NCBI GenBank assembly: GCA_902776985.1
Contig: CACYSD010000001.1
Coordinates: 106,758 to 170,757, forward strand
Length of the DNA: 64,000 bases
Source of the DNA: an uncultured Bacteroidales bacterium
Lineage (GTDB): Bacteria > Bacteroidota > Bacteroidia > Bacteroidales > Bacteroidaceae
Direction of reading: 5' to 3'
Shown here: one piece after another, positions 36,182 to 43,688 of the stretch
How positions within the stretch are numbered: position 1 is the first letter of the stretch
How the letters are laid out: every line of letters starts with the position of its first letter
The notes under the pieces: model-generated
What the model was told of the DNA's origin: nothing
Database searches by the model: none
The model's input: only the letters and a program-made list of their open reading frames with translations
Position numbers and translations under genes: made by a program

Positions 36182-38221
36182 TTATTTTACAAGTACTTTC
36201 TTGCCGTTGATAATGTATAGTCCCTTAGTAGGAGCGGTTACTACGCGTCCTGAGATGTCGAAAATCTTGCCGCTTGTAAGAGTTTCAATAGCATTCATAC
36301 TCTCAATTCCTGTTGTATCATCTGCTCCGTTGAAGAAGAGTTCTACACGACCTTTAGCAGAAGAAGGAGTAATCAGAGCCTTATTAACATAAGCCTTGTT
36401 CGCACCAACTGTAATAGCATTTGCTCCAGTAGCGCCTTCTGTATCGTAAAGAGTATTATTACTTAAGATGTAATAGTTTGCACCTGCAGGTGCTGTAATT
36501 GATGAGAATGTACCGATAAGGCCATTGTTAGTTCCCGCAGAAGCTGCATCATATGTATCAAAATCTGCACGGAAGAAATGGACGTTCAGGACGGTTTTTT
36601 CATTATCTTGGCCATTTACATCGGAAGAAATATAAAAATATGGTTTTCCTGCTTCAAGAAGCCCAGAAACCTTGGTCAGGCTAATACTAGCGCCATCTGT
36701 TCCTGCAATGCTATATACCTCACAACCAGCATAAGCAGCTTTATATGGTAGACAGATTGTCCCAAACTTGCCAGTTTCAGTATATTCTCGTTCTAAATCT
36801 CCGCGAACATATAAATCCCATCTTCCACGACTTGTTATCTTTGTATTTGCGTAGTCAGTTAAATACGCTACAGATGGCTGAATGTCACCTGTAATTTCCA
36901 AAGATTTTATATTAAAAATATCTAGACCATTTGATATACGCAACTGATTCAAATCTATAGCTATAATATTCTGACTATTCCATCTGTCAAGCCACATGCC
37001 AGCGCCAGTACCTGCTGCTTGACCATTATAACTATCTCCACGTACTGAATACTCACTGTTATCTTTAATAATTATCTCATGACTGGCATTTGCTGCTGTA
37101 TTTTCAGTAGCAATTACAAGATAATTCCAATTATATAAATCCACAGGTGTATCAAATGTCCATTTACCATTTTCGAAATTATTAACATCAAAAATGGCAT
37201 CGTTTGCGGCAACAGTTAACTTTTCAGGAACACGTGTTACATTAAGAACATAAAATACCCATTCACTTTTACCAAAGAAATTCTCCGTTTTTACAGATCC
37301 ATCTTTTAGATAGGATGTGATTTTGTAAGTATTTTCTTTTCCGTCAACGGCTGTTACGCCAAAGAAACACCCCTGTTCACCACTATCATCTTTTGCAACA
37401 ATATTACGAGTCCAACCAATATCATTTAAGTAACAATTACCGCCATACCAAGGACCTGTATATACAGACGTCCCGTTTCCTTTAAAAGCTTGAATACGAT
37501 ATAGTGTTGAAACTCCATCGGGCATAACAAGCCCCTCATCGTCAGCTTCTGTAATACGAAAACGGTATGTTCCATTATCATTCACTTTACCCATAACAGT
37601 GTTAATAGATGCTGCACGTATTTGATTGTCAGTATTATCGCCGTAAAGTATTGTCTCATCAGCACTCGCAATGCAGACTAAACGGTTTTCGCTAACAATA
37701 GATGAAAAAGATAATTTTGTTCCAGGAACGTATTCATACTCAAAAGGACCGTAAATATAAACATTGGTTATTGAAACAGAAGCGGGATTGTCGTTATCAA
37801 TAGAATGACCATCTGTAGCACTTGTTGATCCCCATATTGTAATATCCGCAAGATTCGAAAAATCAACAGAAGGGTTAGCTGCTTTTAATGCTACAAGGTC
37901 AATATTATTCTCTCCTGCAACAAGATTTACATCTGCGTAATGATCTGTACCATCATTACTTTTAATTCTCAGGCGAACAAAATCGGCATTTTCACTAAAA
38001 TTGGACAATGTGGCGTGCAATGTCGTATAATTGGAAATGTCTGTCGGAAAGTCTGTACCAATTATCGTGTAACCGGAAGTTGCCTTCCATGTCATTGTAC
38101 TAGTGTTTTTATCCCAATCAGCTCCGTAAACCGACCTAAGTGTTCCGTTTGTTGTTAAAGCTTTGAGTTCAGAAATGCCAAAGGCAAACAACAATGCACT
38201 TAATAGTAAAATTTTTTTCAT
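36182..38221 (-). CDS. Secreted T9SS cargo protein of unknown function (beta-rich, possibly carbohydrate-binding)
   Basis: Signal peptide MKKILLLSALLFAFGISELKA. C-terminal ~80 aa (KIFDISGRVVTAPTKGLYIINGKKVLVK) matches the T9SS type-A CTD pattern. 679 aa. Confidence 0.6.
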   Translation of the reverse strand: MKKILLLSALLFAFGISELKALTTNGTLRSVYGADWDKNTSTMTWKATSGYTIIGTDFPTDISNYTTLHATLSNFSENADFVRLRIKSNDGTDHYADVNLVAGENNIDLVALKAANPSVDFSNLADITIWGSTSATDGHSIDNDNPASVSITNVYIYGPFEYEYVPGTKLSFSSIVSENRLVCIASADETILYGDNTDNQIRAASINTVMGKVNDNGTYRFRITEADDEGLVMPDGVSTLYRIQAFKGNGTSVYTGPWYGGNCYLNDIGWTRNIVAKDDSGEQGCFFGVTAVDGKENTYKITSYLKDGSVKTENFFGKSEWVFYVLNVTRVPEKLTVAANDAIFDVNNFENGKWTFDTPVDLYNWNYLVIATENTAANASHEIIIKDNSEYSVRGDSYNGQAAGTGAGMWLDRWNSQNIIAIDLNQLRISNGLDIFNIKSLEITGDIQPSVAYLTDYANTKITSRGRWDLYVRGDLEREYTETGKFGTICLPYKAAYAGCEVYSIAGTDGASISLTKVSGLLEAGKPYFYISSDVNGQDNEKTVLNVHFFRADFDTYDAASAGTNNGLIGTFSSITAPAGANYYILSNNTLYDTEGATGANAITVGANKAYVNKALITPSSAKGRVELFFNGADDTTGIESMNAIETLTSGKIFDISGRVVTAPTKGLYIINGKKVLVK

Positions 38222-38780
38222 TGTAATTTGAAGTTTATTTAATTAGTTAATAAATAATTGAATACAAACGAGAAAAGGGTTTTGATGGCAGATGCCAACA
38301 AAACCCTTAAACGGTATTATATAAAAAAAACTTAAAACTTGCTGAAACGCAGGAATTATACAACTCGTTGAAACACAGAGAATTACCCCCCCTATTAGGT
38401 TACAGGGAATCTTGCTGAAAAGTGGGAAAGTATTCATCTGTACGGTCTTGATTAATAAAGTTGGTAAAAACTATGATATAATTTTGTTTCGGATGCAAAT
38501 ATATGGAGATTATCGTAGCTAAAATTATAGTATTTAACCAATCACTATCAAATTTGATAACGACAAAAATTTCTTTTTCTCGCCAATCATGTTTCAATTT
38601 TAAAACTTTTTCACATTTTTATGTTGTACAGCATAAAAATCAGTGTAAAATACTGTCTAAATGCCCTAAAATGCTTTTAAAAATATAACATACACCACAA
38701 ATCAATGATTTTAAAAGAATTATCGAAAAAACATGTAATTGCCATTTATGACCCATTAAGAATTAGACGAAGAACCACTT

Positions 38781-38898
38781 ATATCATAAATAAGCAACAA
38801 TAGTTGACAACCTATATTAAAAATAAGTATAAAACAAAGTCAACCCATATTACAAATAAGGCTGAAAGTAGTCAACCAAAATCGTTAAACTACAATTA
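38781..38898. repeat. 118-bp repeat segment X, copy B (inverted relative to copy A)
   Basis: Its reverse complement aligns with 11978-12095 at about 90% identity. Confidence 0.6.
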
Positions 38899-38912
38899 AA
38901 AAGTCCCAAAGC

Positions 38913-39035
38913 GTTGTGGGAAAAAAGTTTCACTGTGCTGAAACTTTATTTTCACTGTGCTGAAACAAAAGTTTCTCTGCGGTGAAACTTTTGTTTCACT
39001 CCCACTGAAACTTTTGTTCCAGTGCGAAGAAACCA
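38913..39035. repeat. Array B: five 22-bp-spaced hairpin units GTTTCA-N6-TGAAAC (iteron-like)
   Basis: Units start at about 38927, 38949, 38971, 38994 and 39016. Same 5' flank ttgtgggaaaaaagtttca as array A. Lies ~160 bp upstream of rhaB. Confidence 0.6.
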
Positions 39036-39191
39036 AAAAACGTCTGTTGTATAACGATTAACAAGGAAATAATTGAAGATTATCCAAGATAATTATTCAG
39101 CTTTGAGCACAAAAAAAACGGGAATAGCATAGCTATTGTTAAAAAATAATGTAAATTTGCAGGATACAAACAATAGAAATCAAACTAACTA

Positions 39192-40616
39192 ATGACATCC
39201 AAGTATTTTTTCTGTGTTGACCTCGGTGCTACAAGCGGACGAACGATTCTCGGCAGCATCGTGAACGACAAGTTACAACAACGCGAACTGACTCGTTTCC
39301 CAAATAATATCATACAGACCGGAGGACATTTCTTCTGGGATATCTATGCTCTCTATAACGAGATTATAAAGGGACTGAAGTTGGTTGCCAGCGAAGGCAT
39401 CGAGATTACCTCAATCGGTATCGATACCTGGGGCTGCGACTTTGTGATGATTGGTAAGGACGGCGGCATCCTCCGCAATCCCTACTGCTACCGCGATCCT
39501 CACACCGACGGTGCAATGGAGGAATACTTCAAACTGATTCCAAAGGAGAAAGTGTATGAGAAGACCGGCATTCAGTTCATGCAGTTCAACTCGCTTTTCC
39601 AACTCGCCACGCTGCGCCGTAACCACGACTCGGCTCTGGAGGCAGCAGAGAAGATTCTCTTTATTCCCGATGCTCTGACATACATGCTTACTGGCGAGGC
39701 TGTTTGCGAATACACCGTGCTCAGCACCAGTCAGATGCTGGATCCCCGCACCAAGAGGATTGACAAGGAACTTATCAATGCCATAGGTCTGAAGGAAGAG
39801 CAGTTTGGCAGATATGTGCAACCAGGCGAGGTGGTAGGTGTACTTAGCGAAGAGGTGCAGAAACAGACAGGTCTCGGTGCGGTGCCCGTAGTGGCTGTTG
39901 CCGGACACGACACAGGTAGTGCTGTGGCTGCTGTTCCTGCAGAGGACGAGAGATTTGCCTACCTCAGTTGCGGCACTTGGTCGCTGTTGGGAATCGAAAG
40001 CAAGGATGCTATCATCAACAAGAAGAGTTTTGAGTATAACTTCACTAACGAAGGTGGAATAGAGGGAACAACCCGTTTCCTGAAGAATATCTGCGGAATG
40101 TGGCTGTTGGAAAGGGCAAGGAAGGAGACCCTCCTCCAAGCTTGGCCATCGGACATTAATCAGATTAATCAAGATGCGATGGAGGCGAAACCGTTCCAGT
40201 CGATTATCAATCCAGATGACCCGCGGTTTGCTAATCCACCGTCAATGATTGAGGCTATCCAGAGTTATTGCCGCGAGACAGGTCAGCATGTGCCGGAGAA
40301 CTACAAGGAGATTGCACGCTGTATCTTCGAGAGTCTCGCACAGAGATACAAGGAAGTGCTGGACTACCTGAAAGAACTGGCACCCTTCCCCATCGAGAAA
40401 CTGCATGTCATCGGTGGAGGTACCTACAACCAGTATCTGATGCAGATGACTGCGAACAGCATCGGGCTGCCAGTAGTTACTGGTCCTGTAGAAGGCACCG
40501 CCATCGGTAATATGATGATTCAGGCAAAAGCCGCCGGTCTTGTCAGCGACATCTTCGCCATGCGCCACATCATCGCCAACAGCATCGAACTGAAGACTTA
40601 CCTGCCGGAAAGCTGA
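39192..40616 (+). CDS. rhaB: Rhamnulokinase (FGGY carbohydrate kinase family)
   Basis: N-terminal CVDLGATSGRTILG; FGGY N- and C-domains; 474 aa. Context with rhamnulose-1-P aldolase and a sugar isomerase. Confidence 0.8.
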   Translation: MTSKYFFCVDLGATSGRTILGSIVNDKLQQRELTRFPNNIIQTGGHFFWDIYALYNEIIKGLKLVASEGIEITSIGIDTWGCDFVMIGKDGGILRNPYCYRDPHTDGAMEEYFKLIPKEKVYEKTGIQFMQFNSLFQLATLRRNHDSALEAAEKILFIPDALTYMLTGEAVCEYTVLSTSQMLDPRTKRIDKELINAIGLKEEQFGRYVQPGEVVGVLSEEVQKQTGLGAVPVVAVAGHDTGSAVAAVPAEDERFAYLSCGTWSLLGIESKDAIINKKSFEYNFTNEGGIEGTTRFLKNICGMWLLERARKETLLQAWPSDINQINQDAMEAKPFQSIINPDDPRFANPPSMIEAIQSYCRETGQHVPENYKEIARCIFESLAQRYKEVLDYLKELAPFPIEKLHVIGGGTYNQYLMQMTANSIGLPVVTGPVEGTAIGNMMIQAKAAGLVSDIFAMRHIIANSIELKTYLPES

Positions 40617-40819
40617 GAAGGACTAAGAAATCCTAGGAAATCCTAAGAAATCCTAAGAAATCCTAGGAAATCCTAGGCGGTTCTAGGCTATACTAGGCAA
40701 TCCTAGGAAAGCCTAGGAAAGCCTAGGAAAGCCTAGGAGAACCTAGGAGAACCTAGGAGAACCTAGGCACTTCTAGGCAGACCTAGGCACTCCTATAAGA
40801 GCCTAGAAAAACCTAAAAC
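40617..40819 (+). repeat. Phased 10-bp tandem repeat array 1 (NNCCTAGGNN, about 20 units) immediately after the rhaB stop codon
   Basis: tcctaggaaa tcctaagaaa ... acctaggaga ... all in register with a 10-nt period. The CCTAGG core is palindromic; A/purine tracts are phased at 10 bp. Confidence 0.7.
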
Positions 40820-40866
40820 AATAATAATAATCAACTCATTATTAACTAATAAAAAAAACCAATAAT

Positions 40867-41532
40867 ATGGAATACGAAACCAAAGGGAAAGTCTTGAAAA
40901 AGGCTGTAGTTTGGAAGGATCTCTATATTTATAAAAAGAGCGATACCATCTATCAGCTGACGGTAGAATTCTGTCATCGATATCTCCCTCAATATGGCGA
41001 TCGTACAGTTGATCAGATGGTGCAGGCTGCCCGCAGCTGCAAACAAAACATCGTTGAAGGCAGCGAGGACGGTCAGACAAGCTCTGAAATGGAGATAAAG
41101 CTACTTAACGTAGCACGAGGAAGTTTGCAGGAATTGTGCTCAGACTATAATGACTACATTAACACTCGCCACATATCCCTTTGGTCTCGTGACAACGAGC
41201 GACAGATACAACTTAGGAATTATTGCAAAGCACACAATGACTATAGCGATTACGCTCCGTTGGTTGAGAAAATGAATGACGAAGAATATGCGAATTTGTT
41301 AATCACTCTCTGTCACCAAACTGACAAGATGATGTGCACTTATATTGAGCAATTAGAAAAGAAATTTGTAACTGAGGGAGGCATTAAAGAGCGTATGCGC
41401 GCTGCTCGAACAGGATACCGGAAAGCTCAAGACTCCCACATGGCAGATTTAGAAACAGAAAACAGACAACTCAAAGCCGAAATTCAAGCTTTAAGAGAGA
41501 GAATAAAAGAAATAGAGGCTAAGCTGCCCTAA
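40867..41532 (+). CDS. Four-helix-bundle protein (23S rRNA intervening-sequence protein / Avd-like family) with C-terminal coiled-coil extension
   Basis: VWKDLYIYKKSDTIYQLTVEFCHRY...QMVQAARSCKQNIVEGSED...LNVARGSLQELCSDY matches the four-helix-bundle (TIGR02436-like) pattern. The C-terminus QLKAEIQALRERIKEIEAKL is a coiled coil. Flanked on both sides by CCTAGG arrays. Confidence 0.6.
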   Translation: MEYETKGKVLKKAVVWKDLYIYKKSDTIYQLTVEFCHRYLPQYGDRTVDQMVQAARSCKQNIVEGSEDGQTSSEMEIKLLNVARGSLQELCSDYNDYINTRHISLWSRDNERQIQLRNYCKAHNDYSDYAPLVEKMNDEEYANLLITLCHQTDKMMCTYIEQLEKKFVTEGGIKERMRAARTGYRKAQDSHMADLETENRQLKAEIQALRERIKEIEAKLP

Positions 41533-41540
41533 GGAGAAAT

Positions 41541-41752
41541 AGGAAAAGCTAGGAAATCCTAGGCTATCCTAGGCAGGCCTAGGCAGACCTAGGCAGACCT
41601 AGGAAATCCTAGGCGGTCCTAGGCAATCCTAGAAAAGCCTAGGAAAGCCTAGGAAAGCCTAGGAGAACCTAGAAGAACCTAGAAAAACCTAAGAAAAGCC
41701 TAGAAAAGCCTAGAAAAGCCTAGAAAAATCCAGAAAACCCCAAGAACTAAAA
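41541..41752 (+). repeat. Phased 10-bp tandem repeat array 2 (NNCCTAGGNN, about 20 units; one 11-bp unit, with decay to CCTAGA/CCAGA at the 3' end)
   Basis: ggaaatccta ggctatccta ggcaggccta ggcagaccta ... aaaagcctag aaaagcctag. Ends 12 bp before the isomerase start. Confidence 0.7.
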
Positions 41753-41764
41753 AAAAATACAACA

Positions 41765-43195
41765 ATGAGTAAACCATTAGTAGAAACCAAAGCGAGAGTG
41801 GGTGTGTTCAGCATTGCTTTGCAAGCTTACCTACCACAGTTTCCTCAACTCGTTCCCGAGTTCGAGGCTCAGTATGCGACATTTAAGAAGACGCTGCCAG
41901 AAACAATAGAAATAATTGACGGAGGAATGGTCACGACCAAGGAACAGTCTATGGCTGCCGGCGATAAGTTCCGCTCAGCCGACGTAGACCTTGTTATCCT
42001 TCAGATGCTGACTTACTGCACATCATATAATATGTTGCCAGCAGTTCGCGACTTGGATGTACCTGTAGTCATCGTGAACGTTCAGAAGAAACTGGCTCCA
42101 GAATACGACAAGACAGATATCCCTACCTGGCTCGGTGAACTCTATGCCTGCGGAGCTATAGGTGAGATGGTTGCCGACCTGAACCGTGCAGGCAAACGTT
42201 CAGCAGTAATTACAGGCGTAGTTGAAGGTGGTGATCCTGAAGTTCAAGCAGAAATTGAGGATTGGTGCCGTGCTGCACAGGTTCGCCGCCGTTTCCGCGA
42301 CACCAACATAGCTCAGATTGGACGTCCTTACCCAGGCATGATGGACCTCTATATCGATGAGACAAACCTCTATCACCGTATGTTTGTATATACCAAGCAA
42401 TTTGACTGGGAACAGATGTGGGCTATCGCAGATAATATCACCGATGAAGCTGCTATCAAGGCTAAGGCAGAAGATATCCTCGCCACATTTGACATTGAAG
42501 GCGGAGGAACCATTGAGAAAGTTTGGGATATGGCAAAGTACGTTGTAGCTTTCGAGCAATGGGTAAAGGATGAGAAGTTGGGAATGATTGCCTCACACTA
42601 TGCAGGTTTTGCCCAAGGCGTTGCCGGCAAGCTCGATTCAATGCTTATTCCCGCGTTCTCCATGCTGATCAAGCAACACACCGCTTGCGCAGTGGAAGGC
42701 GACATGAAGGTAGCTATGGCAATGTCGATTCTGAAAACCATTTCCGGCACAGGCACATTGGCTGAGATGTACAGCATAGACTTTCCGAAGGATATCTGCA
42801 TCATCGGTCATAGCGGTTCTGGCGACTTCGACATCTCTCAGGCAAAGAAACCAACGATGAAGATTGTGCCTGTATTCCACGGAAAGACCGGTGGTGGTTA
42901 CCTAACCCAGTTCTATCCTCCAACAGGTCCTGTGACTTATCTCGCTATCACTCAGGACAAGAACGGAGTGTTCAAGTTTGTTGCAGCAGAGGGAGTCAAC
43001 GAAGAAGGCCCTATCTTCACCTTCGGTGATACCAACATGCGCACCAAGTTCTCGCTTCCTTGTCGCGAATTTGTGAACAAATGGAGCGAAGCCGGTCCTA
43101 CACACCACATGGCTGCTGCCGTAGGTCACCACATCGACACCATACTGAAAGTAGCAAAGATCCTGAATATTGAGTGTGACGTCGTTTGTAGATAA
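41765..43195 (+). CDS. L-arabinose isomerase / L-fucose isomerase-family sugar isomerase (probable L-rhamnose-type isomerase of this operon)
   Basis: 476 aa. VDLVILQMLTYCTSYNMLPAVRDLDVPVVIVNVQ...ACGAIGEM resembles the AraA/FucI N-terminal and central domains. Operon context with rhaB and rhaD. Confidence 0.6.
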   Translation: MSKPLVETKARVGVFSIALQAYLPQFPQLVPEFEAQYATFKKTLPETIEIIDGGMVTTKEQSMAAGDKFRSADVDLVILQMLTYCTSYNMLPAVRDLDVPVVIVNVQKKLAPEYDKTDIPTWLGELYACGAIGEMVADLNRAGKRSAVITGVVEGGDPEVQAEIEDWCRAAQVRRRFRDTNIAQIGRPYPGMMDLYIDETNLYHRMFVYTKQFDWEQMWAIADNITDEAAIKAKAEDILATFDIEGGGTIEKVWDMAKYVVAFEQWVKDEKLGMIASHYAGFAQGVAGKLDSMLIPAFSMLIKQHTACAVEGDMKVAMAMSILKTISGTGTLAEMYSIDFPKDICIIGHSGSGDFDISQAKKPTMKIVPVFHGKTGGGYLTQFYPPTGPVTYLAITQDKNGVFKFVAAEGVNEEGPIFTFGDTNMRTKFSLPCREFVNKWSEAGPTHHMAAAVGHHIDTILKVAKILNIECDVVCR

Positions 43196-43275
43196 AAGAC
43201 CCACCTGAAGACCCACCCCGACCCTCAAAGGGAAGACCCACCCCCTTACCCCTCCCTTGTAAGGAGGGGAGTAGT
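43196..43275 (-). repeat. GC-rich G4-motif hairpin element, copy 4 (extended, with three gaagaccca sub-repeats; G-rich on minus strand)
   Basis: Reverse complement contains CTACTCCCCTCCTTACAAGGGAGGGGTAAGGGGGTGGGTCTTC. Confidence 0.55.
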
Positions 43276-43301
43276 TACCTTTTCAAAACAAAAAGAAAAC
43301 A

Positions 43302-43688
43302 TTGCTAATGAACAGAGTTGCTACATATAAAACTGCATCACCCGACAGGTATGACATTCTGCGTGCCTATGCTCGTAAAAACAGAAAAAATGCAACATTA
43401 GCTGAACAGGTTTTGTGGAAACATCTTAGGGGTGGAGAACTAGGCGTAGAATTCCTACGTCAACACATCGTCGGCGATTACATTGTGGATTTTGCATCAC
43501 GGCATGACGGTCTTATTATCGAGATCGATGGTGGCTACCATGCGGAACGCCAACAAGAAGAAGATGATGCTATTCGACAAAAAAATTTGGAACAAATGGG
43601 TTTTCACTTTCTTCGTTTTTCAAATGAAGAAGTTATGTATAATACCGAAGAGGTTTTAAAACAAATAGAAGATTATTTATATGAATAA
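43302..43688 (+). CDS. DUF559 endonuclease-domain protein (Vsr/restriction-endonuclease-like fold)
   Basis: ATLAEQVLWKHLRG...VEFLRQHIVGDYIVDFASRHDGLIIEIDGGYHAERQQEEDDAIRQKNLEQMGFHFLRF matches the DUF559 pattern (D..E.DG..H motif). 128 aa. Inserted between operon genes. Confidence 0.7.
   Translation: MLMNRVATYKTASPDRYDILRAYARKNRKNATLAEQVLWKHLRGGELGVEFLRQHIVGDYIVDFASRHDGLIIEIDGGYHAERQQEEDDAIRQKNLEQMGFHFLRFSNEEVMYNTEEVLKQIEDYLYE

Noticed and set aside
12096-38780. The 26.7-kb segment bounded by inverted repeats as an integrated mobile element, prophage or ICE
   Set aside because: Contents are core housekeeping genes (fmt, prfC, tsaC, rfbD, ansA). There is no integrase, transposase, relaxase or phage gene. 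It is better explained as an inversion-prone chromosomal block.
40867-41532. Diversity-generating retroelement (Avd-like protein present)
   Set aside because: No reverse transcriptase, template repeat or variable repeat, and no C-type-lectin target gene nearby.
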